Assembly: GCA_038252405.1 (NCBI GenBank) | Contig: JBBSAJ010000008.1 | Coordinates: 26,866-90,865 of the forward strand | Length of the DNA: 64,000 nucleotides | Source of the DNA: Actinomycetes bacterium | GTDB lineage: Bacteria > Actinomycetota > Actinomycetes > Prado026 | Reading direction: 5' to 3' | Shown here: piece after piece, positions 1-10,380 of the stretch | Numbering within the stretch: position 1 is the stretch's first letter | Layout: every line of letters begins with the position of its first letter | Program-made: the position numbers and the translations under genes | The notes under the pieces: model-generated | Told to the model about the DNA's origin: nothing | Seen by the model: only the letters and a program-made list of their open reading frames with translations | Databases searched by the model: none

Positions 1-1043
1 CCGGCGGTGGAGGTGTAGCGGCTCCAGATGGCCCGGCGCGCGGCCGCGTCCGGCGGGCCGACCGGGACCAGGTAGTCGAAGCGGCCGGGGCGCAGGAACG
101 CCGAGTCGAGGGAGCGCACCGAGTTCGTGGCGCAGACCAGCAGCCGGGTGTCCCGCTCCCGGAAGGTCGGGATCAGCTTGAGCAGCTCGTTGGTCACGCC
201 GTGCGCCGGTGAGGTGGGCTGCCCGTCGCGCAGCCCGGCGATCTCCTCCACCTCGTCGATGAAGACCAGCACCCGCTCGAGGTCGGCGACCCGGGTGAAG
301 ACCTCGCGCAACGCGGCGGCCAGGCCGCCGGCGTCGGCGGCCAGCCGGGACGGGAAGATCTCTACGAACGGCCAGCCCAGGCGGGAGGCGATGCCACGGG
401 CGAACGTCGTCTTGCCGGTGCCGGGCGGCCCGAACAGCACCGCCGCCCGCGGTGGGACGACCCCGTGGGCGGCGGCCCGTTCCGGCTCGGCCAGCGGCAG
501 GATGATCCGCCGTTCGATGAGCTCCTTCTCCCGCTCCATGCCGGCCATCCGGTCCCACAGCCCGGCTGGCAGCACCCGGCCGCCGAGCGCGTCCAGGGTG
601 GCGGCCTCGCCGGGGGCGAGCGCCTCGATCTTCTCGAAGTAGGCGACGGCCGGACGGCGGCCGTAGCCGGCCTTGGCCAGGCCCTCGGCGAGCTGCTCCT
701 CCTCGGGCAGCACGTAGGAGATGCGGCGCACGTGCAGCTCCACGAGCAGCCGCTCGAGCTCCAGCAGCAGCCGGCTGACCAGCCCCTGGCCGCGGCAGTC
801 GGGGGCCGCGGCGATCCGCATCACCCAGCCGCGCTCGCCGCTGATGGTGGCCAGCGCCGTCCCCACGACCCGGCCGGCGCTCACCGCGACGACGGCCGGC
901 TCGTTGGCGCGCAGCGCCGCGATGCACTCGCCGACCGAGAACACCGAGCTTTGCCCCAGGTCGCCCGTGGCGTCCCACAGGTGGACGACCGCCTCGAGGT
1001 CGTCGTCGTGGTACTCGCGAACCAGCCACCCCATGGTCACCAT
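1..1043 (-). CDS. GNAT acetyltransferase-AAA ATPase fusion protein (runs off window start)
   Basis: Manual translation from ATG 1043 (or 1034): N-terminal GNAT-like region (RGQGLVSRLL), then Walker A GPPGTGKT, Walker B VFIDE and SRH-like AFLRPGRFD. Absent from the ORF track because it is truncated by the window edge. Confidence 0.85.
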   Translation of the reverse strand, partial: MVTMGWLVREYHDDDLEAVVHLWDATGDLGQSSVFSVGECIAALRANEPAVVAVSAGRVVGTALATISGERGWVMRIAAAPDCRGQGLVSRLLLELERLLVELHVRRISYVLPEEEQLAEGLAKAGYGRRPAVAYFEKIEALAPGEAATLDALGGRVLPAGLWDRMAGMEREKELIERRIILPLAEPERAAAHGVVPPRAAVLFGPPGTGKTTFARGIASRLGWPFVEIFPSRLAADAGGLAAALREVFTRVADLERVLVFIDEVEEIAGLRDGQPTSPAHGVTNELLKLIPTFRERDTRLLVCATNSVRSLDSAFLRPGRFDYLVPVGPPDAAARRAIWSRYTSTA

Positions 1044-1126
1044 CGGGTCAGCCTAGGGTGCGGCTTGCGGTGCCCCGGCGGCGGTGTGCCCGCGCGGCTT
1101 GCCCTCCACGGTCGTCCTCCCTACGG

Positions 1127-1142
1127 TTGGATCCAATATCCA
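1127..1142 (+). promoter_or_regulatory. Candidate GntR operator upstream of acyl-CoA dehydrogenase
   Basis: TTGGATCCAATATCCA; 13/16 identical to the reverse complement of the palindrome at 4466-4481. Confidence 0.55.
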
Positions 1143-1162
1143 GACTGCCTTGGAGTGCTCGA

Positions 1163-2338
1163 ATGGCCGACAGCCCGGTTGCCCCCCTCGACCTGATCGC
1201 CGCCGACTCGCTGCTGTCGGAGGAGGAGCGCGAGATCCGCGGCACGGTCCGCCGCTACCTCGACTCCGAGGTGCGTCCGCACATCGCGGAGTGGTTCGAG
1301 TCCGGGGAGCTGCCGGCCCGCGAGCTGGCCCGGGGCTTCGGCCAGCTGGGCCTGCTCGGCATGCACCTGGAGGGCTACGGCTGCCCGGGGACCAGCGCGG
1401 TCGCCTACGGGCTGGCCGCCCTGGAGCTGGAGGCGGTGGACTCCGGCGTCCGGTCGCTGGTGTCGGTGCAGGGGTCGCTGGCCATGTTCGCGATCCACCA
1501 CTACGGCAGCGAGGAGCAGAAGCTGGAGTGGCTGCCGCGGATGGCGGCCGGCGAGGCGCTCGGCTGCTTCGGGCTGACCGAGCCGGACTTCGGCTCCAAC
1601 CCCGCGGGGATGCGCGCCACCGCCAAGCGGGACGGCGCGGACTGGGTGCTCGACGGCACCAAGATGTGGATCACCAACGGCTCGATCTCGGACATCGCCG
1701 TGGTGTGGGCACGCACGGACGAGGGGATCCGCGGCTTCGTCGTCCCGACCGACACCCCCGGGTTCACCGCGAACACGGTCAAGCACAAGCTCTCGCTGCG
1801 GGCGTCTGTGACCAGCGAGCTGGTGCTCAACGGCGTGCGGCTGCCGGACTCGGCGGTGCTGCCCGCGGCACGGGGCCTGGCCGGACCGCTCGGATGCCTC
1901 AGCGAGGCACGGTTCGGCATCGTGTTCGGCGTCATGGGGGCGGCGCGGGACAGCCTCCAGGCGGCCATCGACTACGCGCTGGCCCGCGAGCAGTTCGACC
2001 GGCCGATCGCCGGCTTCCAGCTCACCCAGCAGAAGCTCGCCGACATGGCCCTGGAGCTGCAGAAGGGCTACCTGCTGGCGCTGCACCTGGGTCGACTCAA
2101 GGACGCCGGGCAGATCACCCCGCAGATGGTCAGCGTCGGCAAGCTGAACAACGCCCGGGAGGCGCTGCGGATCGCCCGGGAGGCGCGCACGATCCTGGGC
2201 GGCAGCGGGATCACCACCGAGTACTCGCCGCTGCGGCACGCCAACAACCTCGAGTCGGTGCTGACCTACGAGGGCACCAGCGAGATCCACACCCTGGTGG
2301 TGGGCCAGGCGCTCACCGGCCTGTCCGCCTACCGCTGA
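1163..2338 (+). CDS. Acyl-CoA dehydrogenase (glutaryl-CoA dehydrogenase-like)
   Basis: Motifs GCFGLTEPDFGSN, LDGTKMWITNG, REQFDRPIAGFQLTQ and YEGTSEIH; ATG 1163 chosen over the upstream ORF-track start. Confidence 0.9.
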   Translation: MADSPVAPLDLIAADSLLSEEEREIRGTVRRYLDSEVRPHIAEWFESGELPARELARGFGQLGLLGMHLEGYGCPGTSAVAYGLAALELEAVDSGVRSLVSVQGSLAMFAIHHYGSEEQKLEWLPRMAAGEALGCFGLTEPDFGSNPAGMRATAKRDGADWVLDGTKMWITNGSISDIAVVWARTDEGIRGFVVPTDTPGFTANTVKHKLSLRASVTSELVLNGVRLPDSAVLPAARGLAGPLGCLSEARFGIVFGVMGAARDSLQAAIDYALAREQFDRPIAGFQLTQQKLADMALELQKGYLLALHLGRLKDAGQITPQMVSVGKLNNAREALRIAREARTILGGSGITTEYSPLRHANNLESVLTYEGTSEIHTLVVGQALTGLSAYR

Positions 2339-2349
2339 CCCCCGCCCGC

Positions 2350-2577
2350 CTACCCCCGGGCGGCGATGCAGACGTCCCGGTGCTCACAGCCCGGGCAGCT
2401 GGCGACGCCGACCTGGCCGTTGTGGCCGTGCTCCTCGTGCCAGCAGACGCCGCACGTCTTGCACAGCAGGTTGTCCTGGGCGCCGGTGTCCACCCAGGTG
2501 GTGTGGCTGCTCCCGCAGCCCGGGCAGCGCGTCGCCACGCCGACCGGGCCGAGCGGGTCCATGAGGTACGAAGTCAC
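2350..2577 (-). CDS. Small Cys-rich, putative zinc-binding protein
   Basis: 75 aa with CPGC, CKTCGVC and CPGC..C; fills the gap between convergent genes. Confidence 0.6.
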   Translation of the reverse strand: MTSYLMDPLGPVGVATRCPGCGSSHTTWVDTGAQDNLLCKTCGVCWHEEHGHNGQVGVASCPGCEHRDVCIAARG

Positions 2578-2667
2578 GGCGATCGCCTCCTGACCGGGTC
2601 TGCTCCTGCCGGCAGCGGACCAGATGGCCGACGGGTGGACCAGAGCCGAACGTCCCGAACCGGTGGG

Positions 2668-3336
2668 TCAGCTGGGCAGAATCGAGCGCAGGTGGTCCAC
2701 GGCGTGCTCTCGGTGGACGTCGAGCAGCCGGACCACCTCCTCCACGTCCCGCCGCCGCACGGCATGGAGCACCGCCCGGTGCTCGGCGGTCACGGCGTCC
2801 CGGTTCGCGTCGTCGCCGTAGTAGACCGAGCGGTAGGTGTCGGTCGCGTCCCACAGCACCCGGACCAGCCGGGCCAGCCGCGGCATCCGGGCCGCCTCCA
2901 CCAGGCCGAAGTGCAGCCGGCGGTTGGCGGCCGTCATGGCGGTCAGGTCCCCGCGCGCCGCGGCCGCCTCGCAGTCGGCCACCGCCTCCGCGGCCCGCTC
3001 GACGTCCTCCTCGCTCAGCCGGGGCACGCCGACCCGCACCGCCTCCGACTCCAGCAGGGTGCGGATCCGGTACACCTCGATCAGGTCGGTGACCGACAGC
3101 TCGGTCACGAAGTAGCCGCGGTGCGGCTCGTAGGTGACCTGACCCTCCCCCTCGAGGATCTTCAGCGCCTCCCGCAGCGGCACCCGGGAGACTCCATACG
3201 CCTCGGCCAGCGCCTCCTGTCGGATCTGCTGACCCGGCGCCAGCTCCCCCGACACGATGGCCCGGCGCAGCGCCTCGAGCACCGCCTCCTGGGCGGTCGG
3301 CGGACGCCGGAAGTCCTCGGCCGAATGGACGCTCAT
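2668..3336 (-). CDS. GntR family transcriptional regulator (FCD domain)
   Basis: HTH segment LRRAIVSGELAPG...YGVSRVPLREAL plus FCD-like C-terminus; ATGA overlap with the CoA-transferase stop. Confidence 0.9.
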   Translation of the reverse strand: MSVHSAEDFRRPPTAQEAVLEALRRAIVSGELAPGQQIRQEALAEAYGVSRVPLREALKILEGEGQVTYEPHRGYFVTELSVTDLIEVYRIRTLLESEAVRVGVPRLSEEDVERAAEAVADCEAAAARGDLTAMTAANRRLHFGLVEAARMPRLARLVRVLWDATDTYRSVYYGDDANRDAVTAEHRAVLHAVRRRDVEEVVRLLDVHREHAVDHLRSILPS

Positions 3337-4463
3337 CGAAGCTCCCTCAGCACCTCGTCGGTGTGGGCACCCAGCGTCGGGGGCGGCCGCAGGTAGCGCA
3401 CCGGGGTCGCCGACAGCCCGATCGGGTCGGCCACGGTCCGGATGCCGTCCACGGTGACGACCGGAGCCAGCCCGAGCCGCTCGGCCAGCGCCATCGCGTC
3501 GCCCACGTCGTTGATCGGGCCGCACGGCACCCCGGCGCCGGTGAGCAGGGCCGCCCACTCCTCGGCCGGCCGGGCGGCCAGGGCTGCGGTCAGCTCCGCG
3601 GCCAGCGCGTCCCGGTGCGCGACCCGGCTCGGGTTCGTGGCGAACCGCGGGTCGGTGGCCAGCTCCGGGCACCCCAGGACGCCGGCCAGCGCGGTGAACT
3701 GCCTGTCGTTGCCCACGGCCAGCGCGAGCGGCCGGTCGGCGGTGTCGAGCACCTCGTACGGCGCGATCGAGGGGTGCCGGTTGCCCATGATCCCCGGCAC
3801 CACCCCGGCTGCCACGTACCCGGACGCCTGGTTGACCAGTGCGGACAGCAGCGAGGACAGCAGGTTGACCTCCACCCGCTGCCCCTCGCCGGTGCGCTCG
3901 CGGTGCCGCAGCGCGGCCAGGATCCCGATCGTCGCGTGCAGGCCGGTGACGACGTCGACGAGCGCCACCCCGACCTTCGTGGGCTCCCCAAGGCCCGGCC
4001 CGGTGACGCTCATCAGCCCGCCGACGGCCTGCACCAGCAGGTCGTACCCCGGCAGCCCCGCGCCGGCGCCGCGGCCGAATCCGGTGACCGACGCGTAGAC
4101 CACGGACGGGTTGAGCGCCGTCACGTCGTCGTACCCCAGCCCCAGCCGCTCCATCGTCCCCGGCGGGAAGTTCTCGATGACGACGTCTGCCCGCGCGGCC
4201 AGCCGCAGCGCAGCCGCGCGTCCGTCGGTCGTCTTCAGGTCGAGCGCCACCGACCGCTTGTTGCGGTTGACACCGAGAAAGTAGGTGGCCTCCCCGGACT
4301 CCGTCCAGGGCGGCCCCCAGGCCCTGGTGTCGTCGCCGGCGCCCGGCCGCTCGACCTTGACCACGTCGGCGCCGAGATCGGCCAGCAGCATGGTGGCGTA
4401 CGGGCCGGCCAGCACCCGGCTGAAGTCGGCCACCACGACACCGGCCAGGGACGCATCCGTCAT
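3333..4463 (-). CDS. CaiB/BaiF family III CoA-transferase
   Basis: [32 protein letters not shown] and GYD motifs. Confidence 0.92.
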   Translation of the reverse strand: MTDASLAGVVVADFSRVLAGPYATMLLADLGADVVKVERPGAGDDTRAWGPPWTESGEATYFLGVNRNKRSVALDLKTTDGRAAALRLAARADVVIENFPPGTMERLGLGYDDVTALNPSVVYASVTGFGRGAGAGLPGYDLLVQAVGGLMSVTGPGLGEPTKVGVALVDVVTGLHATIGILAALRHRERTGEGQRVEVNLLSSLLSALVNQASGYVAAGVVPGIMGNRHPSIAPYEVLDTADRPLALAVGNDRQFTALAGVLGCPELATDPRFATNPSRVAHRDALAAELTAALAARPAEEWAALLTGAGVPCGPINDVGDAMALAERLGLAPVVTVDGIRTVADPIGLSATPVRYLRPPPTLGAHTDEVLRELR

Positions 4464-4465
4464 GT

Positions 4466-4481
4466 CGGATACTGTATCCAA
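4466..4481 (-). promoter_or_regulatory. Palindromic GntR operator overlapping a leaderless -10 element
   Basis: GGATAC-T-GTATCC palindrome at 4467-4479; on the minus strand TACAGT lies 7 nt before ATG 4463. Confidence 0.65.
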
Positions 4482-4501
4482 TCCGGCCGCCAGCCCGGCG
4501 C

Positions 4502-5038
4502 CTACCGCCGCTCCGTCGCCCGACGCGACACCGCTCGCTTGGTGACCTCCATGAGCACGCGGATCGCCACCCCGATGAAGACCAGGTCCCCCACCATCTG
4601 CGCGGTGACGAGACCCCTGGCCAGCTGGCTCCGCGGGGCGATGTCCCCGAAGCCCACCGTGGCGAACACCGTCACCGTGAAGTACAGCGAGTCCAGCTTG
4701 GTCAGCTCCGTGCCGAACGAGGCCGGCTGACCGGACTGGAGCGTGTAATAGGTGCTCGCGAACAGGGTCAGGAACAGCAGCCCGGACAGGGTGAGCGCCT
4801 CGGCCGCCTGAACGACGGGGCGCTCGGACCGCATGATCCGGCGCCCCTGGAACACCAGCACCGCGCCGATGACGCACAGCCCCGCGCCCACCGAGACCCA
4901 GCCGGCGGCACCCGTATCCCGACCCAGGGGGGCCACGAAGTAGAAGCCGAGCACCACCAAGGTGATCAGCAGGATCCGGACGGCCGCCATCACCGCCAAC
5001 CGGGCCGCGGTCCGGGTCGGCACCTTCGGCTCGCTCAC
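4502..5038 (-). CDS. Two-TM potassium channel family protein
   Basis: Pore signature TVFATVGFGD flanked by hydrophobic helices. Confidence 0.85.
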   Translation of the reverse strand: MSEPKVPTRTAARLAVMAAVRILLITLVVLGFYFVAPLGRDTGAAGWVSVGAGLCVIGAVLVFQGRRIMRSERPVVQAAEALTLSGLLFLTLFASTYYTLQSGQPASFGTELTKLDSLYFTVTVFATVGFGDIAPRSQLARGLVTAQMVGDLVFIGVAIRVLMEVTKRAVSRRATERR

Positions 5039-5089
5039 AGCAACTCACGCTGCCAGAACGAGCGACCCGGAGCGCGCAGGCGCGCGGAC

Positions 5090-6199
5090 CTACCGCTCGA
5101 CGGCCGCCAGCTGCCCGCAGGCCCCGTCGATCTCGCGTCCGCGGGTGTCCCGCACGGTCACCTGGATGCCGTGCCCCTCCAGCCGCCGGACGAACTCCTT
5201 CTCGTCCTCCGGGCGGGACGCCGTCCACTCCGACCCGGGCGTGGGGTTGAGCGGGATCAGGTTGACGTGCACCAGCTTCCTGCGCAGCCGCCGGCCGAGC
5301 AGGTCGGCCCGCCAGGCCTGGTCGTTCACTCCCTTGATCAGCGCGTACTCGATGGAGATCCGGCGGTGGGTCACCTCGGCGTAGTGCCAGGCGGCGTCCA
5401 GCACCTCGTCGACCTTCCACCGGGTGTTCACCGGGACCAGGGTGTTGCGCAGCTCGTCGTCCGGCGCGTGCAGCGAGACGGCGAGCGTCACCGGTAGCCC
5501 CTCGTCGGCCAGCTGCCGCATCCGCGGCACCAGCCCGACCGTCGACACCGTGATCCCGCGCGCGGACAGGCCCAGCCCGTCCGGGGCCGGGTCGGTGAGC
5601 CGGCGGACGGCGCCGATGACCGCGTTGTAGTTGGCCAGCGGCTCGCCCATGCCCATGAACACGACGTTGCTCACCCGGCCGGGGCCGCCCGGCACCTCGC
5701 CGCGCGCGAGCACCCGGGCGCCGTCGACGACCTGCTCGACGATCTCGGCGGCGGACAGGTTGCGGGTCAGCCCGGCCTGGCCGGTGGCGCAGAACGGGCA
5801 GTTCATGCCGCAGCCGGCCTGCGACGAGACGCACATGGTCACCCGGTTGGGGTAGCGCATCAGCACGCTCTCGACGAGGGCGCCGTCGAACAGCCGCCAC
5901 AGCGCCTTCACCGTCGTCCCGGCGTCGCAGGAGACCGCCCGCACCGGCGTGAGCAGGGTGGGGGCCAGCGCCGTGGCGAGCCGTTCCCTGGACGCCGCGG
6001 GGACGTCGGTCCACGCGTCGGCGTCCTCGCTGAGCCGGGCGAAGTAGTGCCGGGAGATCTGGTCGGCCCGGAACGGCTTCTCCCCCAGCTCGGCGACGGC
6101 GGCCCGGCGCTCAGCGGGTGTGAGGTCGGCGAGGTGCCGCGGCGGCTTGGCCCGGCGCGGCGCGGTGAAGGTGAGGACTCCGGGGGAAGGCATGGTCAC
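5090..6199 (-). CDS. rlmN: 23S rRNA m2A2503 methyltransferase RlmN (radical SAM)
   Basis: [22 protein letters not shown] and EIDGACGQL. Confidence 0.95.
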   Translation of the reverse strand: MTMPSPGVLTFTAPRRAKPPRHLADLTPAERRAAVAELGEKPFRADQISRHYFARLSEDADAWTDVPAASRERLATALAPTLLTPVRAVSCDAGTTVKALWRLFDGALVESVLMRYPNRVTMCVSSQAGCGMNCPFCATGQAGLTRNLSAAEIVEQVVDGARVLARGEVPGGPGRVSNVVFMGMGEPLANYNAVIGAVRRLTDPAPDGLGLSARGITVSTVGLVPRMRQLADEGLPVTLAVSLHAPDDELRNTLVPVNTRWKVDEVLDAAWHYAEVTHRRISIEYALIKGVNDQAWRADLLGRRLRRKLVHVNLIPLNPTPGSEWTASRPEDEKEFVRRLEGHGIQVTVRDTRGREIDGACGQLAAVER

Positions 6200-6337
6200 C
6201 CATCAGTGTGGCACGCGAGAAACGGCGCGGCGGACGTGGAAAGACCCCGCCGGCCGCCCCGGCTCGGAGGAGACCGGACGGCCGACGGGGCCGACGGGTT
6301 CGCCGGACCGCGACGCCCGGGACCCGCAGGGGGTGGC

Positions 6338-6634
6338 TCAGGCGGCGCTGGCAGCGGCGCCGGTCGTGCGCAGCACGGCCAGCAGGTCAGCGGCCTCCAA
6401 AATCAGGTAGTCCCGGTTCTCCAGGCGGAGCTCGGTGCCGGTGTAGCGGGCGAAGAACACCCGGTCGCCCACCGCTACCTTGATCTCCTCGTCGTCGCCC
6501 ACGGCGACGACCTCGCCGCGCTGCGGCTTGTCCTTGGCGGTGTCCGGCAGGACGAGCCCGCTCGGGGTGTAGCTCTCTTCCTCGATCAGCTTGACGAGCA
6601 CGCGGGCGCCGAGGGGCTGGACCGTCTCCGACAT
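6338..6634 (-). CDS. groES: GroES/Cpn10 family co-chaperonin (no adjacent groEL)
   Basis: QPLGARVLVK, TPSGLVLPDTAKDKPQRGEVVAVG and GDRVFF..YTGTE. Confidence 0.88.
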   Translation of the reverse strand: MSETVQPLGARVLVKLIEEESYTPSGLVLPDTAKDKPQRGEVVAVGDDEEIKVAVGDRVFFARYTGTELRLENRDYLILEAADLLAVLRTTGAAASAA

Positions 6635-6692
6635 GGGTGTGCTGTTCCTCTCGATGGGTCTGGTCGATGGGTCTTGGGCTGGGTGGAACGGG

Positions 6693-6965
6693 TCAGTGGC
6701 TTGCCTTGAGGCCGAGCAGCCGGTCGATCTTGGGCCGGTCGAAGCCCACGATCGGCCGCCCGTCGATCTCGATCACGGGGACGCCGGTCTGGCCGGTGCG
6801 CCGGACCAGGTCCCGCGCGGCGGCGGCGTCCCGGCTCACGTCGATCTCCCGGAACCGGACGTCCTGCTGGCGCAGGTAGGTCTTCGCCCGCTGGCACCAG
6901 GAACAGGTCGGCGTGGTGAAGACCAGGACCTTGTGCTGACGGTCGGTGGGGCTGGACTGGGTCAT
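6693..6965 (-). CDS. Glutaredoxin/NrdH-like redoxin
   Basis: CSWC active site, TGQTGVPVI cis-Pro motif, GFD; GGAG RBS upstream. Confidence 0.88.
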   Translation of the reverse strand: MTQSSPTDRQHKVLVFTTPTCSWCQRAKTYLRQQDVRFREIDVSRDAAAARDLVRRTGQTGVPVIEIDGRPIVGFDRPKIDRLLGLKASH

Positions 6966-6994
6966 CGTGGGGTCAACTCCTCTCCGGGGTCCCC

Positions 6995-7013
6995 ACTATA
7001 CCCCTAGGGGTAT
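6995..7013 (-). promoter_or_regulatory. CsoR-family-like operator overlapping the -10 of the grx-groES promoter
   Basis: Perfect 16-bp palindrome ATACCCCTAGGGGTAT (6998-7013) overlapping TATAGT (minus strand, 7000-6995). Confidence 0.65.
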
Positions 7014-7018
7014 GCCAC

Positions 7019-7876
7019 TCACCCACCGACGAAGACGGTGAGCAGCAGGAAGGCCACCGGCGCGCTGGGGATCAGCGAGTCCAGCCGGTCGAGCATCCCG
7101 CCGTGCCCCGGGAGCAGGTTGCCCATGTCCTTGATGCCGAGGTCCCGCTTGACCATCGACTCGGCCAGGTCCCCGAGGGTGGCGGTGAGCACGATGGCCA
7201 GGCCGAGGACGGCGCCCTGCCACCACTGCATCCCGAGCAGCCAGTGGCCGGACAGCGACGCGGCGACCACGCAGGCGACCATCGACCCGGCGAAGCCCTC
7301 CCAGGACTTCTTCGGACTGATCCGCGGGGCCATCGGGTGCCGGCCGAAGAGCACGCCCACCGCGTAGCCGCCGATGTCACTGCAGATCGTGGTGAGGATG
7401 AACACGACGATCCGGTCCGAGCCCTGGGACTGCGCCAGCATGAGCATGACGAATCCGGCCATGAGCGGCAGGTAGCCGGCGATCCAGACCGAGGACGAGA
7501 CGTCGACGACCGACCCCTCGACCGGGCCGGTGAGCCGCCACAGCACGAGCACGAGCACGGTGAGCCCGAAGGCCACCCCGAGGGCGGCCGGGCCGCCGAC
7601 GTAGGCGGCCACGATGACCGCTACCGTGCCGACCAGCAGCGGGGCCAGCGGCGGCTCGGCTCCTGCGCTGGCGATCGCGTGCCGCAGCTCCCAGACCGAC
7701 ATCAGCACCGCAGCCGACGTGACCGCCACGAACAGCCACGGGACGGTGTACAGGGTCCCGACCACCGCGCCGGCCAGCACCAGCCCGACCGCGATCGCGG
7801 CCGGCAGGTTGCGCCCCGCCTTCGACGGCGTCGCCGGCTGCGTGGCTCCGGACGACGTGGTCACGTCGTCGAGCAC
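7019..7876 (-). CDS. cdsA: Phosphatidate cytidylyltransferase
   Basis: SPKKSWEG, GDLAESMVKRDLGIKDMG.LLPGHGGMLDRLDS; synteny with frr. Confidence 0.95.
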   Translation of the reverse strand: MLDDVTTSSGATQPATPSKAGRNLPAAIAVGLVLAGAVVGTLYTVPWLFVAVTSAAVLMSVWELRHAIASAGAEPPLAPLLVGTVAVIVAAYVGGPAALGVAFGLTVLVLVLWRLTGPVEGSVVDVSSSVWIAGYLPLMAGFVMLMLAQSQGSDRIVVFILTTICSDIGGYAVGVLFGRHPMAPRISPKKSWEGFAGSMVACVVAASLSGHWLLGMQWWQGAVLGLAIVLTATLGDLAESMVKRDLGIKDMGNLLPGHGGMLDRLDSLIPSAPVAFLLLTVFVGG

Positions 7877-7921
7877 GGCAGGTGAGGGGTCATTCGGCGT
7901 CCTCGCAGTCGGGTGGGCGCG

Positions 7922-8479
7922 TCACACCTCGAGCAGCTCGGCCTCCTTGACCTTGAGCAGCTCGTCGACCTGGGCCACGAAGCCGTGCGTGAGGTCCTCC
8001 AGCGACTTCTCCGCCCGCCGGACTTCGTCCTCGCCGCTCTCGCCGTCCTTGACGAGCTTGTCGAGGGCGTCCATGGCGTGCCGGCGGATGTTGCGGAGGG
8101 AGACCTTGGCCTCCTCCGACTTGTGCTTGGCGACCTTGATGTACTCGCGGCGCCGCTCCTCGGTCAGCTGCGGGATGACCACTCGGATGACGACGCCGTC
8201 GTTGGAGGGGTTGACGCCCAGGTCGCTGTCCCGGATCGCCTTCTCTACCGCGTTCAGCGCGCCCTTGTCGTAGGGCGTGATGACGACCATGTGGGCGTCC
8301 GCCACGTGGAACGAGACCAGCTGGTTCAGCGGGGTGGGCGCGCCGTAGTAGTCGGCGTGCACCTTGTTGAACATCGACGGGTGAGCCCGGCCGGTGCGGA
8401 TGGTGGCGAGGTCCTCCCTGGCCACCGAGACGGCCTTCTCCATCTTCTCCTCGGCCTCGAGGATGGTGTCGTCGATCAC
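7922..8479 (-). CDS. frr: Ribosome recycling factor
   Basis: [20 protein letters not shown]; GTG start 8479. Confidence 0.96.
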   Translation of the reverse strand: MIDDTILEAEEKMEKAVSVAREDLATIRTGRAHPSMFNKVHADYYGAPTPLNQLVSFHVADAHMVVITPYDKGALNAVEKAIRDSDLGVNPSNDGVVIRVVIPQLTEERRREYIKVAKHKSEEAKVSLRNIRRHAMDALDKLVKDGESGEDEVRRAEKSLEDLTHGFVAQVDELLKVKEAELLEV

Positions 8480-8492
8480 GGTCGATGTCTCC

Positions 8493-9425
<933 letters not shown>

Positions 9426-10253
9426 TCAGCTGGCGCCGACCTCGAACCGGGCGAACCCGCTCACCGTGACGCCGGCGTCGGCCAGCACCTGGGCGACCGT
9501 CTTCTTGCTGTCCTGCACCGAGGGCTGCTCGGTGAGGACGGCGTCCTTGAAGAAGGCGTTGACCTTGCCCTCGACGATCTTGGCGATGGCCTGCTCCGGC
9601 TTGCCCTCGGCCCGGGCCGACTCTTCGGCGATGTGCCGCTCGCCGGCCACGAGGTCCTCGGGGACCTCGTCGCGGGTGGTGTACCGCGGGCGCATGGCCG
9701 CGACCTGCATGGCCGCCCCGCGGGCCGCCTCGGCCGACTGGTCGCCGTCACCGGTGTACTGCACGAGGACGCCGACCTGCGGGGGCAGGGCCGGGTCCTT
9801 CTTGTGCAGGTAGGTGGCCACCTGACCGTCCAGGACGGCCAGCCGGCGCAGCTCGAGCTTCTCGCCGATGACGGAGGACTGCGCCTCGATGGTCTCCTGG
9901 ACCGTGGCGCCGTCGCCGAGCACGGAGGCGCGGGCGGCCGGGACGTCGGCCGGCCGGGTCGCCTCGACGTGCGCGGCGATGCGCGCCGCGAGGTCCTGGA
10001 AGCCCTGGTTCTTGGCCACGAAGTCGGTCTCGCAGTTGAGCTCGATGATCGCCGGGCCGGAGACGGCGACCAGGCCGTTGGCAGCGACCCGCCCGGCCCG
10101 CTTGTCGACGTCCTTCGCTCCCTTGACCCGCAGGATCTCAACGGCCTTGTCGAAGTCGCCGTCGGTCTCCTCCAGGGCCCGCTTGCAGTCCATCATCCCG
10201 GCCGCGGTCAGGTCGCGGAGCCGTTTGACGTCGACAGCGGTGAAGTTAGCCAT
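9426..10253 (-). CDS. tsf: Elongation factor Ts
   Basis: [16 protein letters not shown] and [10 protein letters not shown]. Confidence 0.96.
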   Translation of the reverse strand: MANFTAVDVKRLRDLTAAGMMDCKRALEETDGDFDKAVEILRVKGAKDVDKRAGRVAANGLVAVSGPAIIELNCETDFVAKNQGFQDLAARIAAHVEATRPADVPAARASVLGDGATVQETIEAQSSVIGEKLELRRLAVLDGQVATYLHKKDPALPPQVGVLVQYTGDGDQSAEAARGAAMQVAAMRPRYTTRDEVPEDLVAGERHIAEESARAEGKPEQAIAKIVEGKVNAFFKDAVLTEQPSVQDSKKTVAQVLADAGVTVSGFARFEVGAS

Positions 10254-10380
10254 GGTGCTCTCTCGTCTCGTCTCGTGTCGTCGTGCCTGGGGGGCTGGTG
10301 CTCGGCCGTGATCGCGCCCGGCAGGGCTCACTGCGTCGGCGCGTAGGCGCTGCCCTGCCCTGCCGGGGCGGTCGACGGGG

